Positions 48,902-59,151 of a DNA stretch of 64,000 nt are shown piece by piece. The notes below the pieces were generated by a model. It saw only the letters and a list, made by a program, of their open reading frames with translations, had not been told where the DNA came from and made no database searches. Source of the stretch: Candidatus Latescibacterota bacterium (GTDB taxonomy: Bacteria; Latescibacterota; UBA2968; UBA8231); assembly GCA_965242865.1 (NCBI GenBank), contig CBDETK010000013.1:1152001-1216000 (forward strand), in the 5' to 3' direction. The position numbers were made by a program, and so were the translations under genes. Within the stretch, counting starts at the first letter, position 1, and each line of letters starts with the position of its first letter.

Positions 48902-50641
48902 TTAGACGAGTTCCAGCTCGACCCAGCGTCGAACCGAGTTAATAATATAGACGGCGTCGGCCCGCGCCAGTTCGCCGATGGGCAACGGGCGTTCGCAGAG
49001 CTGGCCCTGCGCCAAGAGCTCGGCGCGGAACGTGCCAGCCAACAGCCCGGCTTCAACCGGGGGCGTGGAGCGGACGCCCCCGCGCTCCAGCACCAAGTTG
49101 CCGATGCAGCACTCGGTCAGCTCGCCGCGCTCGTTGTACAGCACCACATCGTCGCAATCCGGGCGGGCCGCCAACTGCCGGTCGTACGCGGCCCGGTGGG
49201 TCGTCTTGTGGTACAGCAAGGGATCGGCACTATCTACGGCCGCGCGAGCTAGGCCCACCCGCAGCGGTCGCCCCGGCGCGAGCGGACCGTGCTGCAAGCG
49301 CACCGCGCCGCTGCGAGCAAGCAACAAGCGCACCTTACACCGGCCCTCCATAGCGTGAGTCGCGGTGTGTAGCCGCGCTCGGACGCGGTCGTCCGCATAG
49401 CGAAATCCCCAGTACGCCGCCGACTGAGACAATCGCTCTAAATGCTTCTCCAACAAAAAGTAAGACCCCTCTTCGTACAGCAACGTCTCCAGCAGTTCAA
49501 AAGACGGGTGCGGCCGGGCGCGCAAGACCTCGGCCTTGACGAGGCATTCGGCGTATTCTTCGGCCGCGGACGAGGCCCAGACGATCCCGCCGCCCACGCC
49601 AAATTCGAGCTGGCCCTTTTCGCGGTCGAGATGCGCCGTGCGAATCGCCACGTTGAAGCACGCCTCCGGCCCGGGCGACACATAGCCCATGCAGCCGGTG
49701 TAAATGCCGCGCGGGGCGCGCTCCAGCTCGGCGATGATTTCCATGGTCCGCACCTTGGGCGCGCCGGTCACCGAGCCGCAGGGGAAAAGCGCGGCCAAAA
49801 GGTCGGGCAAGCACACGCCGGCTTTGAGTTGGCTCGTCACGGTGGAAGTTAGCTGCCAAACCGTGGGATAGCGCTCGACCGACCACAGGGCCGGCACCGC
49901 CACGCTGCCGACTTGCGAGACCCGCCCCAAGTCGTTGCGCAACATGTCTGCGACCATCAGGTTTTCGGCGCGGTCCTTGGCGGAATTTTGCAGGGCGTCG
50001 GCCCGCTGCTGATCCTCGGCCGCAAAGCGCCCCCGCGGCCGGGTGCCCTTCATGGGCCGCACTGTGCAACGCCCGTTGTGCAGGCGGAAGAACAGCTCGG
50101 GCGACGCCGAGATCAGCACGTGCCGCCCCAAGTCGAAATACGCGCACAACGCGGATTCCTGTACTTGTCCCAGGTCGCGGTACAGCGCCCGCGGATCGCC
50201 GCGGAAGCGGCTGTGCAAGCGCAAGGTGTAGTTGACTTGGTACGTGTCGCCGGCCGCAATATAGGCGCGGATGCGCGCAATGGCGGCCTCGTATTCCGCC
50301 CGCGACACCGACGGCCGCCACTCGCCCAGCTCGTAGGAGCCCAAGCCATCGCGTGGCGCGGCCACCGGCTGCCGCTCCGCAAACAGACCAAAGTACACTA
50401 GGGGAAGCGCGTCAGCGGGGTGGGTGGTGAAGGCCGAGTCCAGACCGGCCGCGGCCTCGTAGCAGACAAAGCCCACCGCGTGTAGCCCTTGGGCTACCGC
50501 CCGGTCCACCGCGCTGAGGGCCGGGCGCACCTCGTCTGCCGCTACGGCCGCGATTTCACCCGCCGGCTGGACAAACGCAAAGGAGCGCTCCGGCCCGCAG
50601 CGGGCATAGGACGACAACAGCACTGGACTTTCTATGGCCAT
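48902..50641 (-). CDS. pabB: Aminodeoxychorismate synthase component I fused to a class IV aminotransferase/ADC lyase (PabB-PabC)
   Basis: GDTYQVNYT, SPELFF, PMKGT, AENLM..D and GSVTGAPK, then LLETL, HKTT and GLLAGTFR. Confidence 0.92.
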   Translation of the reverse strand: MAIESPVLLSSYARCGPERSFAFVQPAGEIAAVAADEVRPALSAVDRAVAQGLHAVGFVCYEAAAGLDSAFTTHPADALPLVYFGLFAERQPVAAPRDGLGSYELGEWRPSVSRAEYEAAIARIRAYIAAGDTYQVNYTLRLHSRFRGDPRALYRDLGQVQESALCAYFDLGRHVLISASPELFFRLHNGRCTVRPMKGTRPRGRFAAEDQQRADALQNSAKDRAENLMVADMLRNDLGRVSQVGSVAVPALWSVERYPTVWQLTSTVTSQLKAGVCLPDLLAALFPCGSVTGAPKVRTMEIIAELERAPRGIYTGCMGYVSPGPEACFNVAIRTAHLDREKGQLEFGVGGGIVWASSAAEEYAECLVKAEVLRARPHPSFELLETLLYEEGSYFLLEKHLERLSQSAAYWGFRYADDRVRARLHTATHAMEGRCKVRLLLARSGAVRLQHGPLAPGRPLRVGLARAAVDSADPLLYHKTTHRAAYDRQLAARPDCDDVVLYNERGELTECCIGNLVLERGGVRSTPPVEAGLLAGTFRAELLAQGQLCERPLPIGELARADAVYIINSVRRWVELELV

Positions 50642-50657
50642 GCCCTGGGGGTGCTGT

Positions 50658-51467
50658 CTAGCCGGCCGCCTCGCCGGGCTGGTACTCAATGCGCCGCATG
50701 AAGCGCTCGCCCACATCGTAGTTTGGCTGGTCGGAGACAAAGCGCCACAAGCGCACGCGCTGCATCAGTTCGTAGCGGTGCTCGTTGCCCTCCCAGCCGT
50801 GGTTGATCGACAGGATGCGGCCGATTTCAGGATCGGCCAGATCCGCGGTGTCAAAGGTGCAGACCTGCGGCCGCGTCGGGTTGAGCCGCAACTTGTACAT
50901 GAAGCGATCCCGGTCCGTGTAGTTGCTGCGCGCCCCGTGCCAGACGCGGGTGTTCCACACGTACATGGTCCCGGCCGGGCAGGTCGCCCAGACCTTGCCC
51001 CGCATGTGGTGGTAAATGGCGATCTCCCCGGTGCGCACATTGCGGAATTGCGTTCCCGGCACCAAGAAAGTCCCGCCCATCTCGTCGGTTGTATCCGCGG
51101 GGAACAGCGATAGCTGGATATCGAAGTAATGGTCGCGGAAGTCGATGACCGAGTCTTGGTGCATATTGGGGCCTTTGGTTTGCTCGGCCTTGGTCAAGTG
51201 GGCGGCGTGGTGGTCGTACAGGGGATCGGGGCCGACCAAGGAGTGGATGAGTCCCTGCACCTGCGGCAGGCGGAACGCATCGCCCAAAGCCGTGCCTTTC
51301 GGCCACGTCTCCTCAAAGGGGGTCCCCACGGCGAGATAGCCCTTATTGTGGCGCATTTCCTCGAGGCAGGCTCGGCACAGCTCTTTGGGCACCATTTCCT
51401 CAAACCTCAAATACCCCGAGGCGACAAATTGCGCCATCTGCTTTGAGTTCAAAAGATGCTCTTTCAC
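50658..51467 (-). CDS. Phytanoyl-CoA dioxygenase (PhyH) family protein
   Basis: FVASGYL, MHQD, MGGTFLVPG and WHGARSN...R. Confidence 0.82.
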   Translation of the reverse strand: MKEHLLNSKQMAQFVASGYLRFEEMVPKELCRACLEEMRHNKGYLAVGTPFEETWPKGTALGDAFRLPQVQGLIHSLVGPDPLYDHHAAHLTKAEQTKGPNMHQDSVIDFRDHYFDIQLSLFPADTTDEMGGTFLVPGTQFRNVRTGEIAIYHHMRGKVWATCPAGTMYVWNTRVWHGARSNYTDRDRFMYKLRLNPTRPQVCTFDTADLADPEIGRILSINHGWEGNEHRYELMQRVRLWRFVSDQPNYDVGERFMRRIEYQPGEAAG

Positions 51468-51763
51468 GATGGGGCTCCTTTCTCTTGTTGCAGCTCGTTG
51501 AATTTCGACAACACGATCTGGTAGGGCAGCGGCCCCAGTTCATAGCCCTCTTGGGGCGAGCGATGTTTGAGTTCCGACATCTGGATGACTTGCCAGCCAT
51601 CGCGCATGGCCGCCATGGCGTTGTGGTAGGGAGGATCGCTCTCCTCGACCAAGTCGCCTAGGCCCGTGCCCTTGGAGGCTTCGTAGCGCGCCCAAGCGAC
51701 GACTTGGGCGTCGAGCGCGGGCGTGGTCTGAAAAAATACTAGAATGTCTTGCACTGCGGCCAT
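51464..51763 (-). CDS. 99-aa hypothetical protein translationally coupled to PhyH
   Basis: MAAVQDILV...PPYHNAMAAMRDGWQVIQ. GTGA overlap with the PhyH gene, and an upstream GAAAGG RBS. Confidence 0.72.
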   Translation of the reverse strand: MAAVQDILVFFQTTPALDAQVVAWARYEASKGTGLGDLVEESDPPYHNAMAAMRDGWQVIQMSELKHRSPQEGYELGPLPYQIVLSKFNELQQEKGAPS

Positions 51764-51851
51764 GAAAAAGCCTTTCGGTGTATGGGGTTGAAATTGCCGA
51801 CAAAAAGCACCTCTGACCTGTAGGAGCCGACGGAAGCAGAGCCAGTCGCCG

Positions 51852-52820
51852 CTAATGAGTCCGCGCCAAAGGCGTCCAGCGCGAGAGCGCGTCCAACTCC
51901 GCTCGTTCCCCATCCCCCAACTCCACTTCCAACGCCCCAAAGACCTCCTCCACGTGCTCGGGGCGGTCGGGGCCGATGATCGGGGCGGTGACGTCCTCGT
52001 TGGCCAGTATCCAAGCGATGGCGACCTGCGCCGGGGTCTTGTCCTGTGCTCGACCGATCTCGGTCAGCTTCTGCACGATGCGCTCGGCGGGGTCGCTCAG
52101 CGCCGCGGCAAAACGCCGGTCGTCCTGCCACGCGCTATCGGCCGGCGGCTTTTGCCCGCGCCGAAAGCGGCCGCTCAACAGGCCGACAGCCAGCGGACTA
52201 TAGGTCATCATCCCGAGGCCGTACTGCCGACACAAAGGCAACAATTCCGGCTCCACCTCCCAGCGCTGCAATAGGTTGTACTGATTTTGTAAGGTGAACA
52301 ATGGGTCTAGCCCCCCGCGATCGGCCGCCCACAGCGCTTCCACCACTTGGGCGGCGGTAAAATTGCAGGCGCCCACATAGCGCACCTTGCCCTGCCGCAC
52401 CAAGTCGTCAAACGCCCGCAGGGTCTCGTCGAGTTTGGTGTCGGGATCCCAGTTGTGCAGCAAGTAGATATCGACGTAGTCCGTGCCCAAGCGCTTGAGC
52501 GACCGCTCGATCTCGCGCAGGATGGCAAAGCGCGACAAGCCGCGGTCGTTGGGGCCGTCGCCTATGGGGCTCCAGACCTTGGTCGTGAGCACCAAATCGT
52601 CGCGCCTGCCCCGGATGGCCGTGCCCAACAACTCCTCGCAGCGGCCCTGAAAGTAGTAGTTGGCGCAATCGAGGAAATTGCACCCCAAGTCGAGGGCGGT
52701 CTCCACCGTGCGCACCGCGGTCGCCTCGTCTGTGTGCCCGTGCCAGTACCCCCGGAAGGCCGTGCCCAAACACAGCCGCGAGACCTTGACCCCAGCTCGT
52801 CCCAATCGCACGTACTCCAT
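51852..52820 (-). CDS. Aldo/keto reductase
   Basis: VSRLCLGT, DCANYY, SLKRLGTDYVDIY, QYNLL and YSPLAVGLL. Confidence 0.93.
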   Translation of the reverse strand: MEYVRLGRAGVKVSRLCLGTAFRGYWHGHTDEATAVRTVETALDLGCNFLDCANYYFQGRCEELLGTAIRGRRDDLVLTTKVWSPIGDGPNDRGLSRFAILREIERSLKRLGTDYVDIYLLHNWDPDTKLDETLRAFDDLVRQGKVRYVGACNFTAAQVVEALWAADRGGLDPLFTLQNQYNLLQRWEVEPELLPLCRQYGLGMMTYSPLAVGLLSGRFRRGQKPPADSAWQDDRRFAAALSDPAERIVQKLTEIGRAQDKTPAQVAIAWILANEDVTAPIIGPDRPEHVEEVFGALEVELGDGERAELDALSRWTPLARTH

Positions 52821-52889
52821 GGTTTCTCCTAGTCTAGTCTAGTTTGGGCTTCCCACCGCGCCCGGGTACGCGCTCTGCTTCAATCGCGA

Positions 52890-53741
52890 TCATTCTGCAT
52901 CCAATACTTCCGGATCGAGCGGATACCAGAATATTTCCCCAGACTCAATGTAGCTCTGAATCCGGTTGTCTCGATACCGACCTGCGACCGCCGCATGAGC
53001 TTGCTTGCCGGTGAACCGCGTCAAAAATTCGGCGTTGCGCATGGCCCGCGTGGTGTCTCGCCCGTTGGCCGTAAAAGAGATTTCTACGGCGATGTAGTAA
53101 ATTTCGCCCTCCGAATCGGTGGCTTCCATAATCAGGTCGGCCCGGCGAAAACTCTTCAGTTGGTTTGCAGGAATACCCCTCAGGTCGGCGCGGTCGATCA
53201 GGGTCCACAGATCATCCCTGCTGAGGTCTTTCGTGCGCAGGAGACCCATCTCCCGAGCGATTGAACTCGCCTCTCCGAGCGCGGCATTGCGGGCATGAGC
53301 CCCTTTGAGCAGGCCCACGCTATCCTCGATAGACTTCACTCTGGTTCCGAGGCGGCCCATGTCGGTTGTGAGGTCGCCCACTTCGGTTGTGAGGTCGCCC
53401 ACTTCGGTTGTGAGGTCGCCCACTTTCGTTCCGAGGACACTCACTTCGGTTGTGAGGTCATCTACCTTCGTTTCGAGGCGGTCCACTCTGGTTTCAAGGC
53501 CATCCACCTTCGTTTCAAGGCCATCCACCTTCGTTTCGAGGCGGTCAAATCGCTGGTTCGTCGCCTCGACAAAGCGGTCCATCTTGGCCGCGAGTGTATC
53601 TACTCTTGCGGCGAGCTGGGTCAACTTTTCGGGCAGTTCGAGCAATTCGCGCGTCAGCAGCCGCGCACGCATGGCTTCGAGCCACTCGGGATTTTCGTCC
53701 AAAATTTGCATCAAGTCTTCTATAGTATCGATCGCGTTCAT
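52890..53741 (-). CDS. Heptad-repeat coiled-coil protein with a C-terminal PD-(D/E)XK-like domain
   Basis: LETKVDG and LTTEVGD heptads, then ADLIM...IAVEISFT...DTTRA. Confidence 0.75.
   Translation of the reverse strand: MNAIDTIEDLMQILDENPEWLEAMRARLLTRELLELPEKLTQLAARVDTLAAKMDRFVEATNQRFDRLETKVDGLETKVDGLETRVDRLETKVDDLTTEVSVLGTKVGDLTTEVGDLTTEVGDLTTDMGRLGTRVKSIEDSVGLLKGAHARNAALGEASSIAREMGLLRTKDLSRDDLWTLIDRADLRGIPANQLKSFRRADLIMEATDSEGEIYYIAVEISFTANGRDTTRAMRNAEFLTRFTGKQAHAAVAGRYRDNRIQSYIESGEIFWYPLDPEVLDAE
53361..53545. repeat. 21-bp coding tandem repeats
   Basis: Three copies of TTCGGTTGTGAGGTCGCCCAC and about four related CATCCACCTTCGTTTCAAGGC-type units. Confidence 0.88.
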
Positions 53742-53795
53742 AAGGGTTCCTCCTTTCCGCGTCTTATTGTAATTCAATCACTTTTGGCACTCTCC

Positions 53796-54551
53796 TCATC
53801 CCTTGCCCCCCTTCACACTCCACACCGACCCGGTGGTGTACGTATTTCGCTCCGAGCACAAAAACTCAATCACCTCGGCCACTTCCTCCGCGTCCGAGTA
53901 GCGTCCGATCGGGGTGCCTGGGGCGCGCAGGTGCGCCTCGTCAAAGCGCGGTACGACCATGTCGGTCAAGGCCCGACCCGGCTCGACGCCGTTGACGAAC
54001 ACCCCCTGCCGTGGCCAAGCATCGCCCAGCGCCTGAATAAACGACCAAACCGCCCCCTTGGACACCGAGTACGGCACTTGATTGGGGCTGCCGTGGCGCG
54101 CCCCAGAGGAGATCGTCACGCAACGACCCCACCCTCGCTCGAGCATGTGCGGGACCGCCGCCTGATGCGCGTAGTACACCCCGTGGACATTGATCTGCAT
54201 GACTTTGGCAAACTGCGCGGCTGGTTGCTCGAAAAAGGGCTTTTCCCACCCCAAGACCCCGGCGCTGCACACCAGAATATCCAGCCGCCCAAAAGCCGCC
54301 ACCGCCTGGGCCACCGCCTCATGCACCTGCCCCTCGTCGGTCACGTCCGTCTCGACAAAGAGCGCCTGCTGCCCCAGGGCCTCGATCGCCCGCACCCGCT
54401 CCCGCGCCGGCTCGGCCAGCACATCGACGAGGACGACGTGCCGGCCGGCCTCGGCCAAGCGCAACGCGGCCGCCCCCCCAATGCCGCGGGCGCCCCCCGT
54501 AATCAGGGCCACCCGCTGTTCCACAGGTGCTGCAAATCGCAAATGTGCCAT
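53796..54551 (-). CDS. SDR family oxidoreductase
   Basis: TGGARGIG, DILVCSAG and YSVSK. Confidence 0.92.
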   Translation of the reverse strand: MAHLRFAAPVEQRVALITGGARGIGGAAALRLAEAGRHVVLVDVLAEPARERVRAIEALGQQALFVETDVTDEGQVHEAVAQAVAAFGRLDILVCSAGVLGWEKPFFEQPAAQFAKVMQINVHGVYYAHQAAVPHMLERGWGRCVTISSGARHGSPNQVPYSVSKGAVWSFIQALGDAWPRQGVFVNGVEPGRALTDMVVPRFDEAHLRAPGTPIGRYSDAEEVAEVIEFLCSERNTYTTGSVWSVKGGKG

Positions 54552-54636
54552 ACTATGCCTTCCTTGCTTGCGCGGCCGCGCAGTTTTGATAAAGATAAGG
54601 TACTCGCCCTTTGCGATTTAATATACGGAGCATAAC

Positions 54637-55764
54637 ATGAAAATCGAACAGATCGACTCCCTCCTGCTCGGCAACGGCTATGTCGTCCGCATCACCACGG
54701 ACACTGGCCTAACCGGCCTTGGCCAAACCGCCTGCTGGGGCTATCCCACGGCCGTGCAGAGCATCGTCGAGGTTTTCAAAGACTACCTCATCGGCCAAGA
54801 CCCCCTCCGCATCGAGCACCACTGGCAGCACCTCTACCGCATGGCCCCCTTCAGAGGCACGGTCGTCATGGGGGCTGTCTCGGCCGTAGATATCGCGTTG
54901 TGGGACATCAAGGGCAAGCACTTTGAGGTCCCAGTGTGGGAGCTATTGGGCGGCAACGTCCGCGACAAAATTCGCCTGCACCTGCTGTCGGGCGGGGCCA
55001 CGCCCGAAGCCAACTTCAACGCCGCCCAAGCGGCCGTCGCCGAGGGCTTCACCGCCATCAAGTTCGACCCCATCACCACGGACTGCCACGACAAGGGCCA
55101 AGCGCGGATGATCCAAACCGCGGTCGAGCTGACCGCGGCCGCCCGCGAAGCCGGCGGCCCGGATCTGGACCTGATCATCGAGCTGCACCGCAAGCTGACG
55201 CCCATGGTCGCCTTGGCCCTCGCCGAGGCCCTCAAGCCCTTCCACGTCTTCTTCCTCGAAGACCCGATCCAAATCGACAGCGTCTCGGCCCAAGCCCACA
55301 TCGCGCAGAAATCCACCGTGCCCTTTGGCAACGGCGAGCGGTTCGTGTCTATCTGGGAGTTTCGCGAGTTGTTGGAACAGGGCGGTCCCCAGTATTTGCG
55401 GCCGGATGTGGCCTTGGCGGGCGGCCTCTCGCATTGCAAAAAAATCGCCGCCATCGGCGAAGCCTATCACTGCGCGGTCGTGACCCACAACTTCTTGGGG
55501 CCGCTGACGACCGCGGCTTCCCTGCACCTCGACGCCTCAATTCCCAACTTTATCACGCAGGAATACACCAAGGGCGACGAAGCCCCGCACAACGCGGTCT
55601 ATCAGTGCGCGTATCGGCGCGAGGGCGGGTACATCCCGATTCCCCAAGCCCCGGGCCTCGGCATAGCGCTAGACGCGAATTTAATCGACCAGACGCCCTA
55701 CAAACCCATCAACAACGCTTCCACGCCGCTACGCGCCGACAGCTCGGTGTCTTACGCCGTGTGA
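54637..55764 (+). CDS. Galactonate dehydratase-like enolase-superfamily protein
   Basis: TDTGLTGLG, SAVDIALWDIKGK, KFDP, ELH, LEDP, GER and THN. Confidence 0.88.
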   Translation: MKIEQIDSLLLGNGYVVRITTDTGLTGLGQTACWGYPTAVQSIVEVFKDYLIGQDPLRIEHHWQHLYRMAPFRGTVVMGAVSAVDIALWDIKGKHFEVPVWELLGGNVRDKIRLHLLSGGATPEANFNAAQAAVAEGFTAIKFDPITTDCHDKGQARMIQTAVELTAAAREAGGPDLDLIIELHRKLTPMVALALAEALKPFHVFFLEDPIQIDSVSAQAHIAQKSTVPFGNGERFVSIWEFRELLEQGGPQYLRPDVALAGGLSHCKKIAAIGEAYHCAVVTHNFLGPLTTAASLHLDASIPNFITQEYTKGDEAPHNAVYQCAYRREGGYIPIPQAPGLGIALDANLIDQTPYKPINNASTPLRADSSVSYAV

Positions 55765-55773
55765 ATCTCAAGC

Positions 55774-57450
55774 CTACAAAAACCCGCCGCGCGCGTCCGA
55801 CCACGGCCCACAGCGAATTTCCAACGTCCGCGCCCCCGGCGTCCGCAGGGCGATGAGCACCCGCAAACGCCCCTCGTCGATCTCGCTATTGCGCATCCGC
55901 CCCATTGTGTGCTCCATGGCCCCCGGGCCGATGCGGATGGCGTCGTCGCCCACCCGGTAGAGCGCGTAGCCCGCTTTGAGAAAGACCGTGTGCCCGGCGC
56001 GGCCTTCGACGAGCGCGCTGTCCATCTCCAAGGTTCCGCCCGGCGCAAAGACCCCCTCAATCTGAAAGGGCACTCCATCAACGCCCCCTGCGGTGCCAAT
56101 GTGGAGGTCAAAACCGCCGGTCACTTCCTCGATGTGCAGCTCGACTGTTAGCGGCGGCAACTCGTATATCGCCCGCCGGCCCCGCACTTCCACCCAGTTG
56201 TCGGCATTGACTGGCTCGTCAATCGGCAGCCAGTAAATCCCCCCCACGTAGTCTCTTTCTGGATAGATGCGGTTGCGGCCCTTGTGCTGCATTCGCACTC
56301 CGGTATCCGCCGCGGCAAACGCTTCACCTACGAACTGCCCGGTGGCAAAATAGGTCGATGATAGCTTGACTGCGGCCAATTCGGCCTGCCCGCAGACCAC
56401 GCTAAAGGGCGCGGTCAGGCCGGCTGCGGCCGTAGCGCTGACCGCGCCCCGACGCACCCGCCACAGACCGGAGACTGGATAGACGCGGCTGTAGTGCTCG
56501 GGCAAGGGCGTCCGCTCTATACACGTCGCTCGCCACTCGGGATGCAGGACGTAGTTGGGCAGACAGACCAAACCGCTGCGGCCGCGCTCCACCAACAGGT
56601 CGGCCACGGCCGCGTACAGGCCATTGTCGTCTAAATGGGCCAAGGCGTGATAGCTGTCGGCCAAACCGGTCGGCACGGCTCGCGTATCGCGGTCCTGCCG
56701 CTTGGAAATGCTCGTCACGGCGGTCGCGTCGGCGTGGAGGAGATGGTAGGACAAGTCCAAGTTGCGCCGCACAGGTGCCAGCAGGTCGGGCCGGGCGAGC
56801 ACGTGGGCCGCGCGGATCAAGGCGCGGTTGACTACGGCATTGTACACGCCCGTGCTCCGCTCGCTGTACTCGCCATCGGCGTTGATATCAATGCCTTCGC
56901 CGAGGTACGCGTCCACGGTCGCGCTCACCGCCAACTCGGGATAGAGGGCTTGGGCTTGGGCCAAGGCCGCGACCAGCACCCAGCGGTGGTTGGGCGTGTG
57001 GAAGCCGCCGTGGGCCATGCCCGGGGCCGCGGTCTGGATGAGCTCGCCCAAAACGGTCGCGATCTCGGCCGCGCCCGCGTCGTCTGGGGCCTGTTGCCGC
57101 GCCGCAACCACGACCGGGGCAATGGCCTGCACCACAAAGCCGGCGTCCGGGGCGGAGTCGAAATTGGTGGTCAGCAGATCAAAGCAGCCCGATGGCCGGC
57201 GGTGCCGGCGGGCAAACTCAGCCGCCAACCTTATCCGCTGCAAGAGCACCTCGCTCCGGTAGTGGCGCGACTCGGGCAGCAGATAGGCGTAGCCAAGGGG
57301 CGCGACCGCGCTGATGCCGCTAGAGCCGGCCAGCCGGTCTCGATCGACAAAGCCACCGCAATAAGGGCTATCTGCGTCCAGCACTTGGCGCGTCAGCACG
57401 CCCTCAACCTGCTGGTCTAGCTCGCCGACGAGCGGCGCGTACGCGATCAT
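55774..57450 (-). CDS. Conserved hypothetical protein (predicted alpha/alpha-toroid plus beta-sandwich, heparinase II/III-like)
   Basis: Long ORF in an operon with the Gfo gene (ATGA overlap), with motifs GGFHTPNHRW and DGEYSERS..YN. Confidence 0.65.
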   Translation of the reverse strand: MIAYAPLVGELDQQVEGVLTRQVLDADSPYCGGFVDRDRLAGSSGISAVAPLGYAYLLPESRHYRSEVLLQRIRLAAEFARRHRRPSGCFDLLTTNFDSAPDAGFVVQAIAPVVVAARQQAPDDAGAAEIATVLGELIQTAAPGMAHGGFHTPNHRWVLVAALAQAQALYPELAVSATVDAYLGEGIDINADGEYSERSTGVYNAVVNRALIRAAHVLARPDLLAPVRRNLDLSYHLLHADATAVTSISKRQDRDTRAVPTGLADSYHALAHLDDNGLYAAVADLLVERGRSGLVCLPNYVLHPEWRATCIERTPLPEHYSRVYPVSGLWRVRRGAVSATAAAGLTAPFSVVCGQAELAAVKLSSTYFATGQFVGEAFAAADTGVRMQHKGRNRIYPERDYVGGIYWLPIDEPVNADNWVEVRGRRAIYELPPLTVELHIEEVTGGFDLHIGTAGGVDGVPFQIEGVFAPGGTLEMDSALVEGRAGHTVFLKAGYALYRVGDDAIRIGPGAMEHTMGRMRNSEIDEGRLRVLIALRTPGARTLEIRCGPWSDARGGFL

Positions 57451-58478
57451 CGCTGCTTCGGTGCCGCTTTGGTAAACTGGGCTACATCGGCCGGGCTGAC
57501 GCGGTAGATGCCCCCGTCCGGGCGGTCGCCCAGCGACCGATACGCCGCTTCGGTAAACTTGGCTACTGCCACGGCAAAATCTGGCCGCTCATAGCCCTTG
57601 CCGCCGTTGCGAATCCAGCGCAAAAAGGCCGCGTCCGGCGTGTCCTCCCGCACTCGCTTTGGCACCTCCAGCGGCTCCCCGTTCAGCAACACTTCGCGCA
57701 CCCGCCACTGGTGTAGATGAAAGACCAAGGTCCCTTCGTCGCCGTGGATGGCCAGCCGCTCGTCGTGCCGGCTCGCGCTGCCGACAAAGCTCAACGCCCC
57801 CAGCGCACCGCCGCGAAACCGCGCATTGACCACGGCATCCATATCCACTCGCTTGCCCCGCTTGGCCATGAAGGCCGCCACCGTTACCGGCGTCAAGCCG
57901 GTGATCCACAGCACTGCGGCCACCAAGTGACTGCCGGTGTCCATGAACATCCCGCCTCCGGCCAGTTCGGGCACCATTCGCCAGCCCTTGCCGCCCCAAT
58001 TTTGCGTCACGTAAGCGACGACCGCCTTGATCTCGCCGAGGACGCCCTTCTGCACCAGTTCCCGCGCGTACGTATAGGCCGGGTAAAAATTGCGCTGATA
58101 GCTGACGACCAACACGCGCTCCCGCTCGGTCGCCAGCTCAACTAGGGCTTGGGCGTGCCGCGCCTTCGTGGTCAGGGGTTTTTCGACCAAAACATGTAAA
58201 TCGCGCTCTAGCGCGTAGCGCGCCTGCGCGTAGTGGGTCGAATGCGGCGAAGAAATCAGCACCCCATCGAGCGCGTCTGCGCCAATCATCTGCCGGTAGT
58301 CCGCGTAATACGCGGCGTCAGCACCCCACGCTGTTAGCAGTTGCCGGGCCGACGCCTCTTCTGGATCGGCGACCGCCACCAACTCGACGCGGCCATCGGC
58401 TTGCAGCCGGGGAATGTGGGCACCGCGCATGTTGCCGCCACAGCCGATCAGGCCGACGCGAATTTTCCTTTTTGCCAT
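57447..58478 (-). CDS. Gfo/Idh/MocA family oxidoreductase
   Basis: VGLIGCG, VLVEKPL and GGGMFMDTGSH. Confidence 0.92.
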   Translation of the reverse strand: MAKRKIRVGLIGCGGNMRGAHIPRLQADGRVELVAVADPEEASARQLLTAWGADAAYYADYRQMIGADALDGVLISSPHSTHYAQARYALERDLHVLVEKPLTTKARHAQALVELATERERVLVVSYQRNFYPAYTYARELVQKGVLGEIKAVVAYVTQNWGGKGWRMVPELAGGGMFMDTGSHLVAAVLWITGLTPVTVAAFMAKRGKRVDMDAVVNARFRGGALGALSFVGSASRHDERLAIHGDEGTLVFHLHQWRVREVLLNGEPLEVPKRVREDTPDAAFLRWIRNGGKGYERPDFAVAVAKFTEAAYRSLGDRPDGGIYRVSPADVAQFTKAAPKQR

Positions 58479-58588
58479 TGCGTTCTTCTCCGTTCAGTAG
58501 GTTAATTGCACCGCTTGAGTGCGAAAAATTTTGGGCGGCGCAGGCGCGAATTGCATTCCACGATAGGCGCATGTAGTAGAGTCCTTTA

Positions 58589-59113
58589 CTACACGACACC
58601 CGAGACCAGCCGGCCAAAGATCGAGGTTTTCCCGTAGCTCTTAGTGACCGCATTGTTGGATGTTTGCCGCTTCCACACAATCTCGTTGCGAAAATTCTTC
58701 GCCCCGAAGATCACGTCCATCACCCCCTTGATGTAATGGATCGCCATCGGGTCGCAGTGGAAGTAGATGCTGCCGTTATCCTTGAGCACCCGACGGAACT
58801 CAATCAGGCGCACCGAGAGAAAGCACAGGAACGCACCGAGGTTCTCGCTGTGCGTGTGCATCGCCGCTTCAATGACTTCGACGATGGCGCGGTTGGAGTC
58901 CTTGATCTGCTCCATCCACGGGCCGTGGATTTTCTCGACCCAAAACCACTGGTCGGAATACTGGCCGCCGACAGCCTCGCGGTTACGGCCCGTGTTGAAC
59001 GGCAGGTCCATGGCGATCAGGTCGATGATGGACGAGTTCATGCCGCGCAAGGCCAGCAGGTTGTCCATGTGGAAGCCGGTGCCGGGAGTGACGTTGAAGT
59101 TAGGTTGGGTCAT
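58589..59113 (-). pseudogene. N-terminal fragment of an N4/N6 DNA methyltransferase (beta class)
   Basis: DNL..L, DLIAMDLPFN (DPPF degenerate), RRVLKDNGSIYFHCD and NFRNEIVWKR. The ORF ends before the SAM-binding motif. Confidence 0.8.
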
Positions 59114-59151
59114 TGGGACGCCCCTTTCGAGAAAGAGGATTATATGGAGGA

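Noticed and set aside
53295-54635. 446-aa plus-strand ORF with CEVAHFG repeats
   Set aside because: It is the antisense reading of the heptad-repeat and SDR genes.
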